NCBI GenBank assembly: GCA_003513495.1
Contig: DOPM01000043.1
Span: 907-64,906, forward strand
Length of the DNA: 64,000 nt
Reading direction: 5' to 3'
DNA from: Desulfosporosinus sp.
Lineage (GTDB): Bacteria; Bacillota; Desulfitobacteriia; Desulfitobacteriales; Desulfitobacteriaceae
Made by a program: the position numbers and the translations under genes. Positions 9,640 through 18,489 of the stretch are shown piece after piece. Under the pieces are notes generated by a model. That model had not been told where the DNA came from. It saw only the letters and a program-made list of their open reading frames with translations, and made no database searches. Position 1 is the first letter of the stretch. Every line of letters starts with the position of its first letter.

Positions 9640-10848
9640 TTAACCCTCGAAGTTAGCTAATTTATAACGATTACGACCCTCCTGTTTTGCTTGATAAAGA
9701 GCAGAATCTGCAGCTTCAACTAACGTTTTCGGTTGATATGTGTGATCAGCATGTCCGATAGCTACTCCTAGACTTATCGTGACTTTTGGTGTGATGGAGG
9801 AAAGGCGATGGGGAATTTCTAAACTTTCTAGATTTACTCGTAAAGTTTCAGCAACCGTTAAAGCTCCTTCGATATCCGTGTTAGGGAGAACGACCACAAA
9901 TTCTTCTCCACCATACCGAGCAACAAAATCTGAAGGGCGTTTGAGGGAGTTCTTTAAGGAAGACGCTACTTGCCTAAGGCATTCATCCCCTTGTAAGTGA
10001 CCATAAGTATCATTATACGCCTTAAAGAAGTCGATGTCACATAGTATGATTGCTATAGGTTCACTATTACGTGCGGAATGTAACCATAGCTGCTCGAGAA
10101 ATTGATCAAAATGACGGCGATTTGCTATACCGGTTAATCCATCGATTGAAGAAAGAAGACTGAGTTCTTGATTCGCCTTTTCTAATTGAGACCTTTCATT
10201 GAGTAAAGTGTCTGCTAATGGCCTAAAAATATACAAACCAAGAAAAGCAAGGGTTAAAAGAATTGCTGCGCCGCTTGTAATCTCAACCATCCCAAGGCGT
10301 TGAACTTTAGCCTCACTTTCTTTCTGAAACATTGATACTATCTGATCTAGTGATTCCAAGAGGTTTTCGCTGTTTTGAAGCAGGTAAGTAAAGTGAGGAT
10401 TATCTGGAGTAAGCAAATGCTCTGGTTCATTAGCTAAAGCAAGGGCCTCTGATGTATATCGGTTAAACCGTGTGTCCAAATTTATAGGTGGGCTAAAAAA
10501 CACTTTTTGCATTTGAGGGGTTAAACTTTGCGATGATATTATATTAGGAGTATCCTCGATCAAGGCTTTGTGATTTCTTTGTAATTGATTTATTATGCTT
10601 AATAGTTGCTTTCTAGATTGATCTCGCTCAGCAGAATCAGTGATGTAAACAAGTTCTACACTTAGAAGGGCCGCTTTCTGAGACAACCATCGTTGACTTC
10701 CACTTAAATTAACAAGTAAAGCACTATCCTTTTGAGTCAAGATTACAAGGTGCATTGTTATGAAAGTAGCAAGGGTCAATAAGGCAATCAAACCTAAGGC
10801 TGAAATATAAGTGCGCGTAAGCTTAGATAGGGAACGAATCTTCTTCAT
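9640..10848 (-). CDS. Membrane diguanylate cyclase (GGDEF) with a helical extracytoplasmic sensor domain
   Basis: GGEEF active site (RYGGEEFVVV), two TM segments flanking about 160 aa. ATG 10848 (MKKIRSL) follows an AGGGGG RBS. Confidence 0.85.
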   Translation of the reverse strand: MKKIRSLSKLTRTYISALGLIALLTLATFITMHLVILTQKDSALLVNLSGSQRWLSQKAALLSVELVYITDSAERDQSRKQLLSIINQLQRNHKALIEDTPNIISSQSLTPQMQKVFFSPPINLDTRFNRYTSEALALANEPEHLLTPDNPHFTYLLQNSENLLESLDQIVSMFQKESEAKVQRLGMVEITSGAAILLTLAFLGLYIFRPLADTLLNERSQLEKANQELSLLSSIDGLTGIANRRHFDQFLEQLWLHSARNSEPIAIILCDIDFFKAYNDTYGHLQGDECLRQVASSLKNSLKRPSDFVARYGGEEFVVVLPNTDIEGALTVAETLRVNLESLEIPHRLSSITPKVTISLGVAIGHADHTYQPKTLVEAADSALYQAKQEGRNRYKLANFEG

Positions 10849-11125
10849 AGCATACCCCCTAGAGGCAACGTTCATAGACAGCATAGATATAAGTTGTTCG
10901 CTACTGACATCCTGTTCTACCTTCTACGTTTCTCTAAAATAATCCTGCATAATGAATAAATTTATTTAAAAATATTATAACTTAAAAGGAAATACAATCA
11001 AGTAGTCGATTCTTATCCTAAGAAAAGTTGCTAACCTATTATTTGACCACTTTAGGATAACCTGCTACGCTAATATCGTATATTGATATCGGAGAAAGAT
11101 ATCGGTAATATGTAGAGGTGATACA

Positions 11126-11437
11126 GTGGAAAAACAAATCTACCGAAAGCTATTCTTGGGGTTTATTCAGATTCACATTCTTCATCATGCAAAAAAAGAT
11201 CCCATATTCGGTTCCTGGATGTTAAAGGAGCTTCGTGAGCATGGATATAATTTGAGCGCAGGGACTTTATATCCGCTCCTGCATACCATGGATTCAGCTG
11301 GTTTGTTAGAAAAAGAAGATAGGAACGTTGATGGAAAAATTCGAAAGTACTATAAAACGACGGAAAAAGGAAGCGATGTATTGCAGGAAGCGAAAAATAA
11401 AGCCTATGAGCTTTTCAAAGAACTTAATGAACAATGA
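11126..11437 (+). CDS. PadR-family transcriptional regulator
   Basis: 103 aa. LSAGTLYPLLHTMDSAGLL...RKYYKTTEKG is a typical PadR winged helix. GTG start after AGAGGTG. Confidence 0.85.
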   Translation: MEKQIYRKLFLGFIQIHILHHAKKDPIFGSWMLKELREHGYNLSAGTLYPLLHTMDSAGLLEKEDRNVDGKIRKYYKTTEKGSDVLQEAKNKAYELFKELNEQ

Positions 11438-11461
11438 ATTATACAAGGGAGTGATAATCAA

Positions 11462-12082
11462 ATGTACACACTACGTGGTGTGAAATATAAAAGTATATTA
11501 AATATAGACCAACTAGAAATTCCTAAAGAGAGGATCACCTGTATAATTGGAGAAAGCGGAAGTGGGAAGACAACACTTTTAAAGTTATTAAACCATTTAA
11601 TCAGCCCGGATGAAGGGCAAATCTTGTTTCAGAATAGACCTCTATCCCAATGGGATCCGATTGTGCTCAGACGAAAAGTCATGATGCTTTCACAGTCTCC
11701 AGTAATTTTTGAAGGATCTGTAAGGGATAATTTATTAATCGGATTTAAGTTTTGCGAAAAGCCTCAAGTAGGTGATGCTAAAATCCAGGAAGCCATAAAA
11801 ATCGTTCAATTAAATAAGGATATGTCACTTAATGCCAGTTTTCTATCTGGTGGGGAAAAACAACGTTTGGCTATGGCAAGAGTTTTACTGCTGGAACCAA
11901 ACGTTTTTCTTTTGGATGAACCTTCCTCAGCATTAGATGAAGAGACGGCCCAATCAGTAATGGAGCAAATGGTCAAAGAAGTCAAACGTTTGAAGAAAAC
12001 AATGATTATGGTAACCCACTCTAAAGCCTTAGTTCAAGGTTTTGCTGAGCATATCATAGAAATAAAAAAGGCAATGCAGTGA
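11462..12082 (+). CDS. fetA: ABC transporter ATP-binding protein, FetA/YbbL-like
   Basis: Walker A GESGSGKTT, signature LSGGEKQR, Walker B LLDEP. Paired with a UPF0014 permease. Confidence 0.8.
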   Translation: MYTLRGVKYKSILNIDQLEIPKERITCIIGESGSGKTTLLKLLNHLISPDEGQILFQNRPLSQWDPIVLRRKVMMLSQSPVIFEGSVRDNLLIGFKFCEKPQVGDAKIQEAIKIVQLNKDMSLNASFLSGGEKQRLAMARVLLLEPNVFLLDEPSSALDEETAQSVMEQMVKEVKRLKKTMIMVTHSKALVQGFAEHIIEIKKAMQ

Positions 12083-12101
12083 AAACAAAGGAGGCCATTT
12101 T

Positions 12102-12881
12102 ATGCAGGCGAACATAGATTTATCGATTTGGCAAATGACTGCAGCTTATATTTTTATTCTTGTGCTCATAGTCATAGTTAGATTCAAAGGGATTCCGAGA
12201 GAAAAAGAAATTCTAATTTCTTCCCTGAGAATGACCATTCAACTAGTGCTTGTTGGTTATATACTTGCTTTTGTATTTGAACATAGCCATCCCGTTTATA
12301 CTCTGGGGATTATCACCATTATGCTTATCTTTGCTATCAATAACATCTTTAATCGAACTATATTGCAGTTGTCATCTGAAATAAAGAAGGTCATAGCTCT
12401 TTCTATGACCTTGGGAATCCTTGCAAGTATAGCTTATTTTGTGCTTATAGTATTGCAGGTGTACCCTTGGTACGAACCCAGATATATCATCCCGATTGCA
12501 GGTATGATCATCGGCAACTCCATGACAGGTATCTCGTTGGGTGTTAAAACACTTGTCGAAGGAATGACGACCAATAAACAACTAGTTGAAGCTGCCCTGA
12601 TTCTTGGAGCGTCGCCTAAAATGGCCTCTGAGCAGGTTGTGAAAAGCGCGTTTGATGCCGCTATGATGCCGACCATTAACTCTATGGTCGGGATGGGTAT
12701 CGTCTTTTTACCGGGTATGATGACGGGTCAAATACTCGGCGGTGCTTCACCCGTTATAGCGATAGAATATCAAATCGCTGTGATGCTAGGTATTGTTGGC
12801 AGTGTTTCATTAACCGTATTACTTTTTGTACAGTTGGGCTACAAAACGTTTTTTAATTCTCGCAGTCAAATTAAGCTATAA
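12102..12881 (+). CDS. fetB: FetB/YbbM (UPF0014) family ABC permease, putative iron export
   Basis: 259-aa polytopic membrane protein directly downstream of the FetA-like ATPase. Confidence 0.75.
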   Translation: MQANIDLSIWQMTAAYIFILVLIVIVRFKGIPREKEILISSLRMTIQLVLVGYILAFVFEHSHPVYTLGIITIMLIFAINNIFNRTILQLSSEIKKVIALSMTLGILASIAYFVLIVLQVYPWYEPRYIIPIAGMIIGNSMTGISLGVKTLVEGMTTNKQLVEAALILGASPKMASEQVVKSAFDAAMMPTINSMVGMGIVFLPGMMTGQILGGASPVIAIEYQIAVMLGIVGSVSLTVLLFVQLGYKTFFNSRSQIKL

Positions 12882-12923
12882 CTGTATACGAATATATAAT
12901 AGCCATCTTAAAATACGTTAAGA

Positions 12924-12954
12924 GGGGTATGTAATTCTATGAATTACATACCCC
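12924..12954. terminator. Bidirectional terminator
   Basis: Perfect 14-bp stem GGGGTATGTAATTC / GAATTACATACCCC with a 3-nt loop, between convergent genes. Confidence 0.75.
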
Positions 12955-12999
12955 TGTCGTGTTATGGAGTATTTGGAAAACACTTATCGAGATTAAAGA

Positions 13000-14073
13000 T
13001 TACTTAGCTAGTTCAGGAAAATGTTTCTTAATCAATTCGATAAATGCAGGATTTCTTATCTCGGTTGGTTTTGTTGCAGGGTCGTCTTGAAGATCTTCAT
13101 ATTTCATTGCTCCGAAACTGTGATCTTTTGTGAAATGGCCTCGATCATCAGTTGGATTCTTCCACATTAATTTATCTAAATTAAAGGTTTTTCCAGCGTG
13201 GCATTTCAAACAATTATCAGTTGGTTTGTCCGTCGGTAGGAGAGAGCCATTGGCATTAGCCTTATGGGATGTATGACAAGTGAGACACTGATTCATTTCT
13301 GAGCTTTGAGCATGTTTACTAGCAAAGTAATTTCGTGTACCATAGTGATTGTTTGCAATAAAGGTTCCTTGATCATTTTTAGATGGATTACTTTCATGAC
13401 AGGTATTACACGAATTTCTCGCAACTTCAGAGCTCATTGTTCCCTTCTTATCGGTGGCACTGACGTGATTTCCAGCGGGTCCATGGCAAGATTCGCAGGA
13501 TATACCATAATTAGGAGATCCAGTTTCAACTCCAGGCGAATGACATTTTGCACAGTTGGCGTAACTTTCAGCAGTCCAATCGTTTTTGCCATCTTTGTCA
13601 ATATCAGCTTTCTTTGGAGGTTCAACCGCCCATTTGTCGTTTGTTTTCTTAAGTGCTCCAACACGATAAAATTGATTTTTAAATCCAGCTTCTTTAGGAA
13701 TTTCCGCAATAATATAGTTGTTCACCATAACCCCATAGACTTTCGCTTTAGATAAATCTAGAGTCGTCGATGTAGGTTTTTCCTTGTTGGCGGCATCAAA
13801 AATAGTAATTGGTTCTAGAGGTTTATCAAGCGGAAAGGCGGAAAGCGGTTTGAACGTATCATAGTGTTTTGTATGAGTTACATTCTCATAGGACTCAGTG
13901 TGGCAGGCTTTACATGATTCGTCACCAACATAGCTAACCTTTGGAGTTTCCGTTAGCTGCGGTCCAGATGGCTGAGTAGAAGGGGTTTCATCTGCTTGGT
14001 TGCAACCCATGGTTAATACTGTTAAGAATGTAAGAGAAATAATTGAGGCTAAAAAGGGTTTTTTCCAGTTCAT
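13000..14073 (-). CDS. Hexaheme c-type cytochrome, probable lipoprotein
   Basis: Six CxxCH motifs (CKACH, CAKCH, CESCH, CNTCH, CLTCH, CLKCH). Signal peptide ending LTMGC. AAGGAGG RBS. Confidence 0.85.
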   Translation of the reverse strand: MNWKKPFLASIISLTFLTVLTMGCNQADETPSTQPSGPQLTETPKVSYVGDESCKACHTESYENVTHTKHYDTFKPLSAFPLDKPLEPITIFDAANKEKPTSTTLDLSKAKVYGVMVNNYIIAEIPKEAGFKNQFYRVGALKKTNDKWAVEPPKKADIDKDGKNDWTAESYANCAKCHSPGVETGSPNYGISCESCHGPAGNHVSATDKKGTMSSEVARNSCNTCHESNPSKNDQGTFIANNHYGTRNYFASKHAQSSEMNQCLTCHTSHKANANGSLLPTDKPTDNCLKCHAGKTFNLDKLMWKNPTDDRGHFTKDHSFGAMKYEDLQDDPATKPTEIRNPAFIELIKKHFPELAK

Positions 14074-14441
14074 TGAGTCGTTCCTCCTTTAATCTTGTAT
14101 CCATATTTGTTATTTTCTTGACCAGATAGGTCAGGATGACAGGTGTTATTAGACTTTAAAGATTATGAGCTTAGTTTGCTTAGAAACTAATCGGATAATG
14201 CTTGGATATTAATATATTTCGCATGAAATTTATGGAAAAGAATCTCAAAATTCTCTATCCATATTCGAATGCCATAAAAATACCCAAGTTGAGTTACTTC
14301 TATATCATAAAGAAGCGTAAAGATTCGTTTTTTTTCAATAAATATGGCAGAAGTTAAAGGTTTTTGAATTTTATCCTCGAATTAAGTTCAAATAAACTAT
14401 TGGGGTATAGACATATGTAGTCGAAAGAGGTGAACTTCGTC

Positions 14442-15569
14442 GTGCGTTCGCTCAAACACCAGATTCTTATATTGTTGTTGAGTTCGCTCGTTTTGTTGGC
14501 AGTTAGCTTTCTCGTATTGGTTGGGGTATACATGAAAGATCGTGCCGTAGCCACCGCGATTATCAAAGTAAAAGCAGATTTGGCAACCTGTGAAGAGATT
14601 CTAAATAAGACATATCCCGGCTCGTGGTCAGAACAAGGCGGAAACCTTTATAAAGGACCCGTAAAAATAAGCCTTAATAATGATATTGTGGATCATTTAT
14701 CTAGTCTTACAGGGGACACTGTCACCGTATTTCTAGGAGACACGCGAGTCGCTACTACTGTACGTGGTTCAAACGGTGAACGAGTTATTGGGACGAAGGT
14801 TTCTTCTAATGTGGCCCAGACGGTATTGAAAAATGGTCAGACCTATGTGGGAGAGGCTGATGTTGTAGGTGAATGGCACCAAGCGGGTTACATTCCATTA
14901 CGTACAGATAATGGAAACATTATTGGGATTTTTTACGTAGGAATTTCTCATTCCTATGAGCAAGATATTTTTACTAGATCTTTACTTAAGATGGCTGGAA
15001 TAGGACTGGCCTTAACCATCCTGGTGGCGTTTCTTACCTGGTTTTTCCTTCAGAGAGTTATCGTTAATCCTTTGCACAATATCATGTTAGGAACTCGGGA
15101 CGTAGCAACCGGTCATCTCACTGAGAAGATAAACGTTTCCGGAGCTAAGGAAATAGGGGAGCTTGAGGATGCCTTTAACCAAATGGTTGAACAAATCCAA
15201 TCTCTAACTGGAGAGATAAACAGAGTCACTAGCAATAGTTCTGAAAATAGCCCACCTGAAACTAACCACCATGAAAATAACCATTCGATTTCTACTGGGT
15301 ATATACCTCTACCCAACCTATCGGCTGTTGGATCGTTCGGAGAAATGGTTTTGCCTAAAGGTTTGCATCAAGCTACTCTAGGCCAAATAGTTCAGTTTTT
15401 AAATGCGAATCGTCGTCCTCTTTCTGCTGAGGAAGTTGCAGAAGGAGTTAAGCTGACAAGGGTTACAGTACGCCGTTACCTAGAATTCCTCGAACAAAAT
15501 GGAACATTAAAATCTGAACAGAAGTATGGAACAGTGGGACGGCCCGTCAAGATCTTTATCCCGTTGTAA
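14442..15569 (+). CDS. Membrane one-component regulator: Cache-like sensor + HAMP + CitB/DcuR-type C-terminal HTH, with no kinase or receiver domain
   Basis: TM1, then a periplasmic Cache-like region (GDTVTVFLGDTRVATTV...GIFYVGIS). TM2, HAMP, a low-complexity linker, then an HTH LSAEEVAEGVKLTRVTVRRYLEFLEQNG...YGTVGRPVKIF. GTG 14442 lies 9 nt after AAGAGGTG. The track start is 14430. Confidence 0.8.
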   Translation: MRSLKHQILILLLSSLVLLAVSFLVLVGVYMKDRAVATAIIKVKADLATCEEILNKTYPGSWSEQGGNLYKGPVKISLNNDIVDHLSSLTGDTVTVFLGDTRVATTVRGSNGERVIGTKVSSNVAQTVLKNGQTYVGEADVVGEWHQAGYIPLRTDNGNIIGIFYVGISHSYEQDIFTRSLLKMAGIGLALTILVAFLTWFFLQRVIVNPLHNIMLGTRDVATGHLTEKINVSGAKEIGELEDAFNQMVEQIQSLTGEINRVTSNSSENSPPETNHHENNHSISTGYIPLPNLSAVGSFGEMVLPKGLHQATLGQIVQFLNANRRPLSAEEVAEGVKLTRVTVRRYLEFLEQNGTLKSEQKYGTVGRPVKIFIPL

Positions 15570-15617
15570 AAAGGTTCCCGATGGGGGCGTCCCATTTTAA
15601 AAAACATATATTTTTTC

Positions 15618-15652
15618 AGAGACTCCTCTTTAATTAGGTGGAGTCTTTTTTA
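15618..15652 (+). terminator. Intrinsic terminator
   Basis: AGACTCC (15620-15626) / GGAGTCT (15640-15646), followed by T6. Confidence 0.7.
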
Positions 15653-15984
15653 GTTCAAGGGTTGGGTACCGTTAGTTGTTATTATTATCAAGTGCAATTG
15701 TATTGTTATGGACAAATAGTTATCAGACTAGTATGCATATTTGGACTTAACTACTTACTTCGCCATTTTCTTAATTAATAAAATTTTCTTTATTCACAAA
15801 ACGCTTATTTAATGTCCAAAAACACGACAGATCGAGTGAAGGAAGCTAAACTAGAAATAAAAACCGACGTTCCCCATTAGATATCGATAAGCCGTAGAGA
15901 TTAAATTTGGAGAAAGCGCAAAATCAATTAAGAAAGAGGTGTAAATGAAGGTAACATTCGCTGGTAGTAAAAAGGAGGATTTTC

Positions 15985-16473
15985 ATGTGTGATACAGCTT
16001 CGCCAAATCAGTTTGTCAAAAAGCTAGATGATTATATCGACAGTTTGACCAATAAAAAGGAAAATCTTATTGGGGTCCTTCATTACGCTCAAGAAATATA
16101 TGGATACTTACCTAATAATGTTCAATGGCATATCGCTCAGAAACTGGATATACCTTCCGCAATGGTCTATGGTGTTGTCAGCTTTTATTCTTTTTTTACA
16201 ATGATACCCAGGGGAGAACACGTGGTTAATGTGTGCACCGGTACCGCTTGTTTTGTTCGAGGGGCTGAAAAATTAAAAGAAGAACTTGAAAATCAGCTTA
16301 AGATTAAAGCTGGGGAAACTACTCCAGATAATCTGTTTACCTTAGAAACTTTGCGTTGTGTTGGAGCCTGTGGGCTCGCTCCAGTCATGATCGTCGATGG
16401 TGAAGTGCATGGACGCATGCACGAACCCCAAGCCATTAACGAGGTCTTGGCAAAGTATCGCCCAGAAAGTTAA
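15985..16473 (+). CDS. hydC: NuoE-like [2Fe-2S] subunit of NADH-linked [FeFe]-hydrogenase (HydC)
   Basis: Thioredoxin-like 2Fe-2S pattern C-x4-C...C-x3-C (VCTGTAC...CVGACGLAP). First gene of the hydCBA order. AAGGAGG RBS. Confidence 0.9.
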   Translation: MCDTASPNQFVKKLDDYIDSLTNKKENLIGVLHYAQEIYGYLPNNVQWHIAQKLDIPSAMVYGVVSFYSFFTMIPRGEHVVNVCTGTACFVRGAEKLKEELENQLKIKAGETTPDNLFTLETLRCVGACGLAPVMIVDGEVHGRMHEPQAINEVLAKYRPES

Positions 16474-16491
16474 GCAGCGAATACATGAGGT

Positions 16492-16518
16492 GTGTCAAGG
16501 GGACGATCCTTTTGACAC
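16492..16518. repeat. 27-bp palindromic repeat, copy A (GTGTCAAGGGGACGATCCTTTTGACAC)
   Basis: Its reverse complement differs from copy B at one position. Lies in the hydC-hydB intergenic space. Confidence 0.9.
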
Positions 16519-16526
16519 GAAGAAGT

Positions 16527-16553
16527 GTGTCAAAAGGACCGTCCCCTTGACAC
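16527..16553. repeat. 27-bp palindromic repeat, copy B (GTGTCAAAAGGACCGTCCCCTTGACAC)
   Basis: Same family as 45136-45161 and 55841-55868. Inverted relative to copy A, 8 nt away. Confidence 0.9.
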
Positions 16554-16578
16554 GCCCTCGAAGGAAGGGAAAAGCCAT

Positions 16579-18465
16579 ATGAAACTCATAAATATAGATG
16601 CATTGAAGGCATTACAAGCCCAAAGTCTAAAACTCTTAGAATCACGGCGTGTTGCCGAAGCAATTACAACAAAAAATGCTCAAGGGCATGTAAGGCACGT
16701 TATGGTCTGCGGAGGACCTGGTTGTCACTCTTCAGGCAGTCCTCGAATCGCTGAAGTTCTAGAGGAAGAGCTAAATAGGCGTGGATTATCCGATACGATT
16801 AAAGTTTTCGAACCCGGCTGTTTTGGTTTTTGTGAAAAGGGTCCAATGATCGAGATTTTTCCCGATAAAGTAACTTATTGTGAAGTGTCGGCAGACGATG
16901 TAACAACCATAGTTGAAGAACACTTTATAAAAGGTAATGTAATAGAGCACCTCCTTTTTATGGATCCGAACACTAAAGAGCGTTTCGCCACCAACATTCC
17001 TTTTTATGATGGGCAACTTCGCATAGCCTTAAGGAATGTCGGTTCTATTGCTCCAGAAAACATTCTTGAATATATTGCCGCGGATGGCTATCAAGCTTTA
17101 TCCAAAGTCCTTTTCAGCATGAAGCCTTTTGAAGTTATTGATGTTCTAAAACAAAGCGGACTGCGGGGACGTGGTGGCGCCGGTTTTCCAACTGGTGTTA
17201 AATGGGAGTTGACTCGCAAGAGCGAAGCAGATCAACGCTATATCATTTGTAATGCCGATGAAGGGGATCCAGGCGCCTTTATGGACCGCTCTGTCTTGGA
17301 GGGTGACCCCCATAGTGTTTTAGAGGCAATGCTCATTGCAGGCGCAACGATTGGGGCTTCTGAAGGATTTATTTATGTCCGAGCAGAATACCCTGCAGCG
17401 ATTCACCGATTAAAAATTGCCATTGCCCAGGCCCGAGATTTTGGTTTACTTGGGAAAGAAATCTTAGGCAGTGATTTTTCCTTTGACATAGAGCTTAAAC
17501 TTGGAGCTGGAGCCTTTGTCTGTGGTGAAGAAACGGCATTGATCCATTCTATCGAAGGAGCCCGAGGAGAACCTTCTGTTAAACCTCCATTCCCCGCCCA
17601 AAAGGGGTTGTGGGGTAAACCAACCTGCGTTAACAATGTCGAAACCTTGGCTAATATTCCACCAATTATTTTAAATGGAGCGGAATGGTTTTCAGCAATA
17701 GGCACAGAAAAAAGCAAAGGAACAAAAGTATTTGCTTTGGCAGGAAAAGTCAATAATGTCGGGCTTGTGGAAGTTCCCATGGGGACCACTCTGCGTCAGA
17801 TAATTTTTGATATTGGTGGAGGGATTAAGCAACGTAAAACGTTTAAAGCCGCTCAAACCGGAGGCCCCTCTGGAGGGTGTATTCCTACCAAGTATTTGGA
17901 TTCTCCCATCGATTATGAATCTTTAGCTTCTATAGGATCTATGATGGGTTCTGGAGGACTCATTGTCCTGGATGAAGATGATTGTATGGTCAATATCGCC
18001 AAGTTTTTCCAGGAGTTCACAATGGATGAATCCTGTGGTCGTTGCACTGCTTGCCGCGTTGGGACGAAACGTCTTTATGAAATCCTGACCAAGATCACGG
18101 AAGGGAAAGCGACTTTAGAGGATTTAGATAATTTAGAGAAACTGTGTCATATCATTAAAGACACTGCCCTTTGCGGATTAGGACAAAGTGCACCAAACCC
18201 CATCCTTTCGACCTTAAAGTATTTCCGGGAAGAATATATCGCCCATGTTGTCGACAAAAACTGTCCGGCGGGCGTTTGTAGTCACTTGTTGAAATATGAA
18301 ATTACAGACAAATGTGTGGGTTGTACCCTATGCGTTAAAAAATGTCCTATGCATTGTATCACTGGGACAACCAAGAAGCGCCATGTCATCGATCAAGAAC
18401 GTTGCCTAAAATGTGGGGCCTGCATGGACCAATGCCGCGTTATCGGGGCCATTATTCGCCATTAA
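16579..18465 (+). CDS. hydB: NuoF-like NADH/FMN-binding subunit of [FeFe]-hydrogenase (HydB)
   Basis: GLRGRGGAGFPTG FMN/NAD motif, N-terminal thioredoxin-like domain, C-terminal 2x[4Fe-4S] CxxCxxCxxxCP. ATG 16579 (MKLINID) follows GGAAGGGA. The 18 upstream codons in the track ORF are a translation of the repeat. Confidence 0.9.
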   Translation: MKLINIDALKALQAQSLKLLESRRVAEAITTKNAQGHVRHVMVCGGPGCHSSGSPRIAEVLEEELNRRGLSDTIKVFEPGCFGFCEKGPMIEIFPDKVTYCEVSADDVTTIVEEHFIKGNVIEHLLFMDPNTKERFATNIPFYDGQLRIALRNVGSIAPENILEYIAADGYQALSKVLFSMKPFEVIDVLKQSGLRGRGGAGFPTGVKWELTRKSEADQRYIICNADEGDPGAFMDRSVLEGDPHSVLEAMLIAGATIGASEGFIYVRAEYPAAIHRLKIAIAQARDFGLLGKEILGSDFSFDIELKLGAGAFVCGEETALIHSIEGARGEPSVKPPFPAQKGLWGKPTCVNNVETLANIPPIILNGAEWFSAIGTEKSKGTKVFALAGKVNNVGLVEVPMGTTLRQIIFDIGGGIKQRKTFKAAQTGGPSGGCIPTKYLDSPIDYESLASIGSMMGSGGLIVLDEDDCMVNIAKFFQEFTMDESCGRCTACRVGTKRLYEILTKITEGKATLEDLDNLEKLCHIIKDTALCGLGQSAPNPILSTLKYFREEYIAHVVDKNCPAGVCSHLLKYEITDKCVGCTLCVKKCPMHCITGTTKKRHVIDQERCLKCGACMDQCRVIGAIIRH

Positions 18466-18489
18466 GGTATCCCTGAAGGAGGACTCCAT

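Noticed and set aside
11070-11105. Direct repeat GATATCGG (11085-11092 and 11098-11105) upstream of the PadR gene as a possible operator.
   Set aside because: The repeats are short and overlap the RBS region. Nothing else supports a defined binding site.
15780-15810. Possible Rex operator upstream of hydCBA (TTCACAA half-site at about 15794).
   Set aside because: Only one half-site is present, with no matching TTGTGAA/TTGTTAA partner at the correct spacing.
16525-16578. N-terminal extensions MCQKDRPLDT... (hydB) and MVCQRTVPMTH... (aminotransferase, 45131-45181) suggested by the ORF track.
   Set aside because: Both extensions are translations of the same palindromic repeat. Good RBS-ATG pairs exist downstream, at 16579 and 45182.
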